The notes under the pieces: generated by a model
The model's database searches: none
What the model was told of the DNA's origin: nothing
The model's input: only the letters and a program-made list of their open reading frames with translations
Shown here: piece after piece, positions 53,932 through 63,400 of the stretch
Position numbering within the stretch: position 1 is the stretch's first letter
Layout: every line of letters starts with the position of its first letter
Source: Gammaproteobacteria bacterium
GTDB taxonomy: Bacteria; Pseudomonadota; Gammaproteobacteria; Pseudomonadales; IMCC2047
NCBI GenBank assembly: GCA_021773395.1
Contig: JAJFKB010000003.1
Span: forward strand, 139,574 to 203,573
DNA: 64,000 bases
Reading direction: 5' to 3'
Translations under genes and position numbers: made by a program

Positions 53932-54812
53932 ACCTGGAGCAAGCGCTTCAAACCTATCCCCAATGGCGACATGTTGATTGCGCTCATCCGCCTGTTGTCA
54001 TTGAACCCTTTGATACGGGTTTGACCAATCAATGCTACCTGGTACAGGCTGGCGATAAGCGCTGCGTGTTGAGGCTAAATGCAAAAAACAGCCGCGTTTT
54101 GGGGCTTGATCGCGTTAATGAGGCGGTTGCATTGCGTCATGCGGAAGAGGCGGGGTTGGGCGCGCCGATCGTTTATTGTTCACCGCAGCAGGGCGTTTTG
54201 GTAACACTCTTTGTAGAGGGGCGGCAATGGACTGAAACGCAAGCACAAACCAGTTTCAATATCGAGCGATTGGCTAATCTATTGAAACAGGTGCATGCAC
54301 TACCCGTAACGACCAAAGCGTTGGATCCAAGACGCGTCACAGATCATTACTGGAAGGGTGTCAGGGATCAGTTCGTCGTTATACCTCCCCGCTTTCAAGC
54401 GTTGCGGCAGAAAATGGAGCGGTTGATGCTCGCGACCCAAACGGATTATCCGCAACGCTGTTTTTGTCACAATGATATCGTGTGCGCCAATATTATTGAT
54501 GCGGGCGACAGACTGTTTCTTTTGGATTGGGAATATGCCGCGATGGGTGATCCGCTTTTTGATCTGGCCGTGGTGGTGCATAATCAGCAGTTAAATGAGC
54601 AGCAGCTTCAGTATTTGCTCGAATGTTATCTGGGCTACATTAACAGCTCGGTTCGAAGGCAGTTCCTCAGTAATTATGCCATCTATATCTATATTGATAT
54701 GCTTTGGTACTGGTTTCAAAGTGCCTCTCATCCGGGACAGGGATATGCCACAACTGCTGAAGGTAAGCTGGATACACTAACGGCCCTGTTGCATGAACTG
54801 GGTATTAGCTGA
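53877..54812 (+). CDS. Thiamine kinase-like phosphotransferase (ThiK / choline-kinase / APH fold)
   Basis: Brenner motif CHNDIVCANII and LLDWEYAAMGDPLFDLA are present. The only ATG for this frame overlaps the pnuC-like gene by 55 nt. Confidence 0.65.
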   Translation: MDTTLPDSGTENPQQQYLNLEQALQTYPQWRHVDCAHPPVVIEPFDTGLTNQCYLVQAGDKRCVLRLNAKNSRVLGLDRVNEAVALRHAEEAGLGAPIVYCSPQQGVLVTLFVEGRQWTETQAQTSFNIERLANLLKQVHALPVTTKALDPRRVTDHYWKGVRDQFVVIPPRFQALRQKMERLMLATQTDYPQRCFCHNDIVCANIIDAGDRLFLLDWEYAAMGDPLFDLAVVVHNQQLNEQQLQYLLECYLGYINSSVRRQFLSNYAIYIYIDMLWYWFQSASHPGQGYATTAEGKLDTLTALLHELGIS

Positions 54813-54828
54813 TGATGTATCAGGGAAA

Positions 54829-57800
54829 CTAGTGGAAGTCGCGTGAAGGTAAAAGCACTTCAGCCACGGCTTGGCTATGGTCGATAATCTCTCCGGCAAT
54901 GATATGAGTGACCGAATCTTTACGCTCTAAAATCCCCTTAATCATCAAAAGCTTGCCAGTCAGAAGCGGCTGGCGGAAACGCTCCTGTAAATCACGCCAG
55001 ACGATGATATTCAGGTTACCTGTTTCATCTTCCAGGGTAAGAAAAATAACGCCGGATGCTGTACCGGGGCGTTGCCTTCCGGTCACAAGACCGGCAACAC
55101 GAACAAAGCGGCCGTGTTTGATCTGCTGTAGGGCGGTGGCGGTTCGACAAGCGTTAAAGGGGGAGCGGTTCCTCAAAATCGCCATCGGGTGTCGATTCAG
55201 GGTAAGGCCCAGGCTGTTGTAATCCGCAAGCAGGGTTTGTTCTTCGCTGGGCGGGGGCAGCACAATGCCATCGTCCAGCGAGCAGTATTGGGCGGATGTG
55301 GCTGTTATTTTGATGGCGTCAGGCGAGTCTGGGGGTGGTTGATATAGCAGTGGAAGCGGATCTTTCAGCGCCTGGTTTTGCCAGTGGGCCTGATGCCGGT
55401 GAGCAGCAAACCCGGGCATGGCGTTAGCCTGCACCAGTGCAGACCGTTCCTGTTGATTAAGTTGGGCACGATACTGCATATCCTGTAAATCGCTAAAAGG
55501 ACGCTGTTGCCGAGCCTGTACCAGGCGTTGGGCGGCTTTTTGGTTAAAGCCCTTGATTTGTCTTAAGCCCAAACGCAGTGCCGGTTGTTGCCGGGGCATC
55601 TGCTGCCAGGCTTCCAGCGTACAGTCCCAGTGGCTGTTTACCACATCAACTGGCAGTATGTGAATATGGTGGCGTTGCGCATCCTGAACCAATTGCGAGG
55701 GAGAATAAAACCCCATCGGCTGGCTGTTAAGCAAGGCAGCATAAAAGGCCGCCCCATGGTGACATTTTAGCCAGGCAGAAACATACACCAACAGGGCAAA
55801 GCTGGCAGCATGAGATTCAGGGAAGCCATAGCTGCCGAAACCTTTCATCTGATTAAACAGGCGTTCGGCAAAATCCTGAGAATGCCCTCTTTGGCGCATG
55901 CCTGAAATCAGTTTTTCCTTGAATCTGAGCAGGTTACCGTTGCGTCCCCAGCTAGCCATAGCGCGGCGCAGCTGATCCGCCTCACCACCGCTAAAGCCAG
56001 CGGCTACCATTGCCAGCTTGATCACCTGCTCCTGAAAAATAGGAACGCCCAGGGTGCGTTTCAGGACAGCTTCTATCGCTTTATTTTCGTAGTTAACCGG
56101 CTCCGTACCATCGCGCCGCCGCAGATAGGGATGCACCATATCGCCCTGAATCGGGCCGGGCCTGACAATGGCGACCTGGATCACCAGGTCATAATAATTC
56201 TCGGGGCGTAGCCGTGGCAGCATCGACATTTGCGCCCGGGACTCTACTTGAAATACGCCGACACTGTCACCTTGGGATAGCATTTTGTAAGGCTCCGGTT
56301 GTTCCCGGGGGATCGTCTCAAGCGTTAGCTTGTACGGACTATATTGGTTGGCCAGCTCAAGGCACTTGCGGATAGCGCTGAGCATGCCAAGTCCCAGGAT
56401 ATCAACCTTCAATAATCCCAGGGCCTCGATATCCTCTTTGTCCCACTGGATAATGGTGCGATCCTTCATGCTGGCGTTTTCTACGGGGGCCAACTGACTG
56501 ATGGGACCGTCACAGATAATAAATCCGCCGACATGCTGTGACAGATGGCGGGGAAACCCCAGGATTTCGTTAATCAGATACATAAACCGGTCGGCCAGCT
56601 CCGGGTTATTCAGATTAGCACTTTGAAAGCGCTGTTGTAGATCGTTGGAGCGGTCCCACCAGGCCAGAGATTTGGAAAGCTGATCAATGAATAAGGGATC
56701 CAGGCCCAGTGCCTTACCAATATCGCGAACCGCACTACGGGGTCGGTAGGTAATAACCGTTGCGGCCAGCGCGGTACGTTCACGGGAATACTTCTTGTAG
56801 ATATATTGAATAACCTCTTCGCGGCGTTCATGCTCGAAATCGACATCGATATCGGGAGGCTCATTGCGCTCTTTGGAGATAAAACGCTCAAACAATAATG
56901 AGGTTTGTTCCGGATTAACTTCGGTAATATACAGGCAGTAGCAGACCACGGAGTTGGCTGCTGACCCCCTGCCCTGACAAAGAATGCGCTGATCCCGTGC
57001 AAAACAAACAATATCGAACACGGTTAAAAAATAGTATTCATAGTTCAGCTCATGGATCAGGAGCAGTTCTTTTTCAATTTGCTGATGAATAGGCGAAGGG
57101 ATGCCCTGAGGCCAGCGTTGTTTGGCCCCCTGCTCCACCAGTTGCCGCAGATACCGCTTCGGAGATGACTGCGGGGGAATAATCTCTTTTGGGTATTGGT
57201 AGCGCAACTCGTCCAGAGAAAAGGTGCAGCAACGGCTAATATGTACGGTTTCCTCCAGCAGTTCCGGAGGGTAGATCCGGCGCAGCTTTTCAATGGGCCG
57301 CAGGTGTCGTTCGGCATTGCTTTGGCGTTGCAGACCTAGCTTTTGGATGGGGACGTTGAGGCGAATCGCGGTGAGCGCATCCTGTAGTGGTTTACGTTCA
57401 GGCACATGCATATGTACATCGCCACAGGCCAGCATGGGGATGTCCAGTTGTCGGGCCAGCTGATAGCAATCGAGATAGTGTTGCTGATAGTCCGGTTGCA
57501 GATAGCATTCGACGCCCAGCCACAGGCGTTGTGTAAAATATCGTTTTAATTGCTGTCCTGTTTGCAGAGGTGTAGCAGGTGGTGGTAACCAAATCAGCAG
57601 GCAGTGTTGGAGGCAGAATTCAAAGTCCTGTTCCTCAATCTGGTATTGACCTTTACCGCTGCGTCGCCGACAGAGCGTGATGAAGGCGGAAAGTTCTGTA
57701 TAGGCGATGCGAGTCGGGGCCAACACTACCAGTTTTGACTGTTCGGATAACAGGAATTCACTACCAACAATGAGTTTGATGCCCTGCGCTTTGGCGGCGA

Positions 57801-57954
57801 CATGGGCTTTGACAATGCCTGCCAGTGAACATTCATCGGTGATGGCCAGGGCGGTATAGCCGAGTCTGGCGGCCTGTTCGACGAACTCTTCCGGGCGTGA
57901 AGCACCGCGCAGGAAAGTAAAGTTACTAATACAGTGCAGTTCGGCGTAAGACAT
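54829..57954 (-). CDS. dnaE2: Error-prone DNA polymerase III alpha-like subunit DnaE2 (ImuC)
   Basis: The PHP-domain N-terminus MSYAELHCISNFTFLRGAS is the typical DnaE2 start. The track's 13-residue N-terminal extension is dropped. It lies downstream of imuA-imuB. Confidence 0.92.
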   Translation of the reverse strand: MSYAELHCISNFTFLRGASRPEEFVEQAARLGYTALAITDECSLAGIVKAHVAAKAQGIKLIVGSEFLLSEQSKLVVLAPTRIAYTELSAFITLCRRRSGKGQYQIEEQDFEFCLQHCLLIWLPPPATPLQTGQQLKRYFTQRLWLGVECYLQPDYQQHYLDCYQLARQLDIPMLACGDVHMHVPERKPLQDALTAIRLNVPIQKLGLQRQSNAERHLRPIEKLRRIYPPELLEETVHISRCCTFSLDELRYQYPKEIIPPQSSPKRYLRQLVEQGAKQRWPQGIPSPIHQQIEKELLLIHELNYEYYFLTVFDIVCFARDQRILCQGRGSAANSVVCYCLYITEVNPEQTSLLFERFISKERNEPPDIDVDFEHERREEVIQYIYKKYSRERTALAATVITYRPRSAVRDIGKALGLDPLFIDQLSKSLAWWDRSNDLQQRFQSANLNNPELADRFMYLINEILGFPRHLSQHVGGFIICDGPISQLAPVENASMKDRTIIQWDKEDIEALGLLKVDILGLGMLSAIRKCLELANQYSPYKLTLETIPREQPEPYKMLSQGDSVGVFQVESRAQMSMLPRLRPENYYDLVIQVAIVRPGPIQGDMVHPYLRRRDGTEPVNYENKAIEAVLKRTLGVPIFQEQVIKLAMVAAGFSGGEADQLRRAMASWGRNGNLLRFKEKLISGMRQRGHSQDFAERLFNQMKGFGSYGFPESHAASFALLVYVSAWLKCHHGAAFYAALLNSQPMGFYSPSQLVQDAQRHHIHILPVDVVNSHWDCTLEAWQQMPRQQPALRLGLRQIKGFNQKAAQRLVQARQQRPFSDLQDMQYRAQLNQQERSALVQANAMPGFAAHRHQAHWQNQALKDPLPLLYQPPPDSPDAIKITATSAQYCSLDDGIVLPPPSEEQTLLADYNSLGLTLNRHPMAILRNRSPFNACRTATALQQIKHGRFVRVAGLVTGRQRPGTASGVIFLTLEDETGNLNIIVWRDLQERFRQPLLTGKLLMIKGILERKDSVTHIIAGEIIDHSQAVAEVLLPSRDFH

Positions 57955-57965
57955 CAGGCTAGGCC

Positions 57966-59411
57966 CTAATAAAACAGGCCATGAACAAACCATCTGCGAG
58001 TTGCTAAATCACGAAACAGCCAGTACAGCCCTCCCTGTTCGTGACGGGCGACAAAATAGTCGCGCTGAATACGCGGGCTTTGCCACCAGTGGCTATCTAT
58101 ACGCTCTGGCCCACGCAACAGGGTTAGCTGACCTTGCCAGTAAAGTTTTTCCTGTCGTTGCTGAACGGGGGCAGGTTGAGGCAATAGCCAGAGCGGGCGT
58201 AACTTGGTGACGGTCGGCAATGGGGCACTAACCGGTTGAGTTTGCGTACAGGGCAGCGGCTGCCAGGCCAGTTCCGGGATGTGTTCCTGGCGGCAGGCAA
58301 TACCGTGCAGAGCATCCTTGCCTAATCGGGCGCTGAGCTTATCGAGCAACAGTTCCGGTGACTGCGTGGATGAATACTGCAACCCATCCCATAATGAAAA
58401 AGGTGCTGGGTTGGCGGCAATCAGCGTTTTGCTGGTTAACAGGACGCTGTGAACGGCCGTGCCTAGTGGTAATGATTCCAGTTTGATGCGGGTCAGCTCG
58501 AGAAAGACCGAAAAACTGTTCTGCGGCTGCGAAAATGCCAGCTGTAATAGCCTTGTTTTCCCTTTGATTTCAGCGAAACACCACTCAAAACCCTGGCAAT
58601 CCAGTTGCCGTGTGCGCAGATAGTCACAGAGTTCAGTTAACAGGCGTTTAATGGGAAATAATAACCCCTGCTTATTCTGAATGCCCTCAATATAAAAAAG
58701 CTCACTATGAAAGCGGGGTTCCAGACTGATGGGTAATTGTGGGTCAGGATGTTTCCCCATAATTTGCTGCAGATAACGCAGGAACTCTACACCAAAGCGC
58801 TTGCCAATGGCCGCGTGTGGTAGATCCAACACTTGACCAAGGGTCGTCAATCCCATCTCCTGTAAAAGAGTGATCTGTTTGCCGGGGATATCCAGAAGAG
58901 CAATGGAGATTTCCCTTAATTCCTGTATTAACAGGCTGGACTTGATATCTGTGGGAGTTTGTTTTAGCGCGCTGCGAGCGAATAATTCGGCGGCTTTTGG
59001 GGTATACCCCAGACCCCGTTGGCCGATAAACCCTTGCGCTTCCAGACCATGGGTAATCCGTTTCAGCAAAGAACCCAGGCCCTTAAACAGGCGCAGGCTT
59101 CCTTCAATTTCCAACAGCAGGATATGAGGTGATTTCAGGCTTACCATGGGTGAAAACTGATAGCACCAGCGCGACAGTTGATTAAGAGCGGCGACCTCTT
59201 TGGAGATATCCCGCGATAAAACATGCAGCCTGCCATCCAGTGCCATGGCAGTAGTTAACGACTGACCGGGTCTAATACCTGATTTTGCCGCGACCGTATT
59301 GGTGCAGACGACCAGTCCTTGTTCGCTGGCTAAAGTTGGGCGCTCGGTCTGTTCGCTACGGGTAAAAACCTGCAGAGGCAACAGAGGGAAGTAGAGACAA
59401 AGCCATAGCAC
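57966..59411 (-). CDS. imuB: Y-family polymerase-like protein ImuB
   Basis: The N-terminus MLWLCLYFPLLPLQVF is characteristic of ImuB. The protein is 481 aa and lies between imuA and dnaE2. Confidence 0.88.
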   Translation of the reverse strand: MLWLCLYFPLLPLQVFTRSEQTERPTLASEQGLVVCTNTVAAKSGIRPGQSLTTAMALDGRLHVLSRDISKEVAALNQLSRWCYQFSPMVSLKSPHILLLEIEGSLRLFKGLGSLLKRITHGLEAQGFIGQRGLGYTPKAAELFARSALKQTPTDIKSSLLIQELREISIALLDIPGKQITLLQEMGLTTLGQVLDLPHAAIGKRFGVEFLRYLQQIMGKHPDPQLPISLEPRFHSELFYIEGIQNKQGLLFPIKRLLTELCDYLRTRQLDCQGFEWCFAEIKGKTRLLQLAFSQPQNSFSVFLELTRIKLESLPLGTAVHSVLLTSKTLIAANPAPFSLWDGLQYSSTQSPELLLDKLSARLGKDALHGIACRQEHIPELAWQPLPCTQTQPVSAPLPTVTKLRPLWLLPQPAPVQQRQEKLYWQGQLTLLRGPERIDSHWWQSPRIQRDYFVARHEQGGLYWLFRDLATRRWFVHGLFY

Positions 59412-59420
59412 GGGCAGGAC

Positions 59421-60215
59421 CTAGTTTCTTGTCTGGGGAGCAAACGTTGCTGCTGTAATAGCCGGTTCGAGGTTGCTCAAGCGTATACTTGACAGCCCAT
59501 TGGTGGGTAGTTGCCTTTGCTTCCAGTGTGAGGTTGCACGATGCACGGGTAGTTGATCCGCCTTCAGTTGTCTGTTGTGCGGGGGCAACTCTGGCGTCAG
59601 CTGTAGCTGCTGTCCGGCCCAGCCGCCCTGCTGTTTTATGATGTGTAGGTGCAGTGATGAGGCGCTGCTGCTTAAGCTAATGCGTAAATGGCTGGGTGAG
59701 TTTTGTTGGCTAGTATAGGGCGGGCGAATGAGTGCCGATAATCCTGGAGCATTCAGGCAGGCCAATTGCAGTTTACGCAGTTTGGCATAGGTAATATGTG
59801 GGCTATTCAGCCAGCTAACAACGCTGTTACCACTTGATTTTAACGCCTGTTCCGTACACCAGAGCAGATCTGAGGTGTTGCGTGGGTGGGCGATGATGAT
59901 ACGACTCAGGTTAGCGCCCTGATGCTGCATGGCTGGAGCATAGGGAATATAGGGAGGGGCAATCAGCACCAGCCATCCGGGTAGTTGGCTGAGTTTTGCC
60001 AGGCTGGGTATCAGCAGCATTAACTCAGCGCTGCCTGTACGCTCAGCTAGTATTTCCACGAGCCCGCTTTTTGGCCAGCCGCCTTGATGTAAAGCTTGAT
60101 TGAGCGGACTAAAGCCGGTGTCGATACCGCTATTTTTTTTGCTTAGGGATGAAGCTTGCCAAAGATCGGGACGTGCCAATAGCGGTGACAGGGCTTTATG
60201 TTTATAGGAGTTCAT
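59421..60215 (-). CDS. imuA: ImuA (SulA/RecA-fold-like) SOS mutagenesis cassette protein
   Basis: First gene of the imuA-imuB-dnaE2 cassette. The start is trimmed to ATG 60215 (MNSYKHK), with ATG 60230 as an alternative, because the longest ORF (start 60284) would contain the LexA box. Confidence 0.75.
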   Translation of the reverse strand: MNSYKHKALSPLLARPDLWQASSLSKKNSGIDTGFSPLNQALHQGGWPKSGLVEILAERTGSAELMLLIPSLAKLSQLPGWLVLIAPPYIPYAPAMQHQGANLSRIIIAHPRNTSDLLWCTEQALKSSGNSVVSWLNSPHITYAKLRKLQLACLNAPGLSALIRPPYTSQQNSPSHLRISLSSSASSLHLHIIKQQGGWAGQQLQLTPELPPHNRQLKADQLPVHRATSHWKQRQLPTNGLSSIRLSNLEPAITAATFAPQTRN

Positions 60216-60235
60216 GGGATAACAAACCATCAATA

Positions 60236-60255
60236 TACTGTATATATGTACAGTA
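60236..60255. promoter_or_regulatory. LexA (SOS) box TACTGTATATATGTACAGTA
   Basis: Perfect gammaproteobacterial CTGT-N8-ACAG core at 60238-60253, about 20 nt upstream of the imuA ATG. Confidence 0.9.
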
Positions 60256-60387
60256 TATCTTTTAAGAAGGGTTGGCAATGCCACTAATGCTTTTTATAGG
60301 GATGGATGGTCGGGGGTGGAGATCAGTAGAAGATTCGATTAACCGAAAACAAAGAGATGTTTTGAGCGAAAGGATATTTAATTTGTA

Positions 60388-60402
60388 TCTCTCTCTCTCT
60401 CT
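60388..60402. repeat. Dinucleotide microsatellite (TC)7T in the putative promoter spacer of the large surface-protein gene
   Basis: TCTCTCTCTCTCTCT lies between the -35-like TTGTAT (60383-60388) and the -10-like TATTAT (60406-60411), giving a 17 nt spacer. Confidence 0.8.
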
Positions 60403-60448
60403 TTATATTATGCGCCATAGTTTTTCGCTGCCCAGGAGAGAATGAAGC

Positions 60449-63400
60449 ATGCGTTTTGCACTACCAAAATGGACAATTATAGCGGTATCACTATTTTTCC
60501 CAGTAGCCGCTTCTGCGGTGGATATACTGGTTTCCAGCTTGCTTGATGCGCCTGATCCAGCCGTGCGTGAAGGTGAAATCACCTACGCCGTCGAGGTGCA
60601 AAACCAGCAAAGTGATACCGCTAGCAATGTGGTGTTAAGCTTTCCTCTTCCCGGCCCCAGCATTAACCCCACCAGTGTTTTTGTCAGCGTGGACAATGGG
60701 GCCTGTAGTCATGATGGCGGTACACCAGGCACCGTAACCTGTAATTACGGGGATATGCTGGGCACTGCTGCTGTACCTGCAGGTCCGATAGAAACGGCTA
60801 ATATCGTGATTCGATCCACACAGGATACAGGCAACACTCTTGATGTTACTGCCAGTGTTACAACCGACTCCTCTGAGGCCAATACGGTCAATAATACACT
60901 CACCCAGAATACCACCATCGATGATGGCGCTGATCTTACAACAACCCTGGTCGGAACCCCCAACCCGGTGCTTGGTGGTGGTGATCTTGACTATACAGCA
61001 ACAGTCAGTAACAACGGACCCAATAATGCGTCAAGCGTCCAGGTGGTTTTTATTCTGTCACCCAACCTGAGCTATGAATCGGGTTCTGCTTCTGGCTCGG
61101 GCTGGAGTTGTTCTATATCCGGCCAGCAGTTAACCTGCACTCGTGGCAGTCTGGCAGATAGCAGCTCAGCACCTGATATTACTTTCACGGCCCAGGTTAC
61201 CGGTGCTACAGGAGGCACTCTTACTTCTACGGCTACTGTCTCGGCGGCAACCGGAGATCCGGTACCCAATAACAATGTGGTAACCTCGGATGTGACCCTG
61301 AATGAGGGTACCGATGTTGCAGTAACGATCAGCAGTTCATCCGGCTCGGTTATAGCGGGCAACAATATCACCCTAACCTTGGCACCACGTAATCTTGGAC
61401 CCTTTGATGCTGAAGATGTCGATGTGGTTTATACCATTCCGGCAGGCTTTACTTTAGTAGGGTCTCCGAACGGCACAGGCTGGAGCTGTGGTGTCGTATT
61501 ACCAATCGTCACCTGTTCACGATCAAGCTACGTGATTGGTGCCACAGATGATATCAGCCTTACCCTGACGGCACCTTTTCCGGCAGCACCAACTGTTTAT
61601 TCCAATCCTGTTAGCATTAGTACCACTACAGCAGAAGCTGCTGAGCGTATGGCGAATAATACGGATTCTGTCAATGTGACAGTTAATCCTGATGGTGTGG
61701 ATCTATCCATATCCAAGACCAAGGGGCCTCAACCTGTTGCACAGGGAAGTTCGATCAGCAGCGTCATTACCGTGCACAACAATGGTCCGAGGAATGCTCT
61801 GGCTGGAACCGTCACTATCCAGGATGTTTTGGTAGTAAGTGAAACCTACGTTTCTTTTAGTGGCACAAACTGGAGTTGCACAGACAACACCCCCAATATT
61901 GATTGTACATATAACGCCGCACTGAACAATGATGCTAACAGCTCAACCCTGACCATTACCACCACAGCTGCTGCCTCGGGATCATTGAGCAACACCGCCA
62001 CTGTGGCCTACAGCGGTTCTCCCGGGGACTATAACAACGCCAATGACAGCGATAGTGAAACCGTCACCTCTACCTCCCTGATTGGGGATTTACAACTGAG
62101 CAAAAGTGCTGATGCCGATAACAGTGATGGTGATATAACGACCCTGGATGCAGACCCGGCAGGGCCCAATCTGGAACCAACAATCACCTACACGCTGACT
62201 ATTTTCAATGACGGGCCTGATGCCGTGGATGGTATTGTATTAAGAGACCCGATACCGGGTTATATTAGCGGACAAACGACCGTAGCTGTTACCGCTAGTC
62301 CGGCAAATTACAGTTGCAGCACTGGCAGCACTGTGGTTTGTACCCAGACCTCCGGTTCCCTGGCCGACCAGGCAAGTGATAGTTTTACTATCACCGTCAC
62401 TCGACCCATTCGTGGCGGTACTCGAACGAACAATGCCACAGCTTTCTCCACGACAGTAGGAGATGATGACAGAAGCAATAACAGCGCTTCAACAACTGTG
62501 GTGGTTGAGACCGTGGCGGATGTCGAGGTGCAGAGCAAATCCGTTTCACCTAACCCGGTTAAGTCCGGTGTCGAGGCCACCTATGTAATAACGGTACGTA
62601 ATAACGGACCTGATACAGCACAAAACGTGTCCGTGGTGGACACCTTCTCTCTGGCGGGTGGCGATACCGGATTTACCTTTATTTCCGTGTCTGAGTCCCA
62701 GGGTAGTTGCTCTGGGTTGACGCCAGGTAATACCTATGTTGCTGCGGATACACCGACATTGACCTGTAACCTGGGCAACGTGAATAACAACAACACTGCA
62801 ACTATAACCCTGAAAATTCGACCCAACTACATGGCCTCGCCACCAACTCCGCGAACCATGGATAATTCGGTAACAATCAGCACCACAACCTACGATGACA
62901 ATTCGCTCAACGACGACTTTGGCCCGGTCACCCTGACTATCGTACAGGACGATATTGATCTGTTAATCAATAACTCCGATATCCCTGATCCAGTGGCCTG
63001 GGATCCGGCATCGAGTGGTGACAACGCCAATAATGATGTGGTCTACCATGTGGAATACACCAACCGTGGGCCTTCCTACGCGACTGGTGTCCAGTATGTT
63101 TACACCATGACACCCAAAGCCGGAAAAACAGTTCGCTTTGATTGTGATGAAGCCGCGGCCCTGGATGCCTGCGGCGTCAGTACAGATACCTGTAGCATCA
63201 CTGGCGGCAGCAACCCGGTAACCGGAGGTGATACTCTGGAACTAACCTGTACAGGCAATACGGTGTCAGGTAAAACCGATGAAATGACGGCTAATAGTAC
63301 CGGTCATCGATATCTGCATTTTCGAGTATTAACCGAGCCCGATGGTACCGGCGACACACACAACACCAATGCTGTTATCAGTGCCAATGAAGCAGAGACT

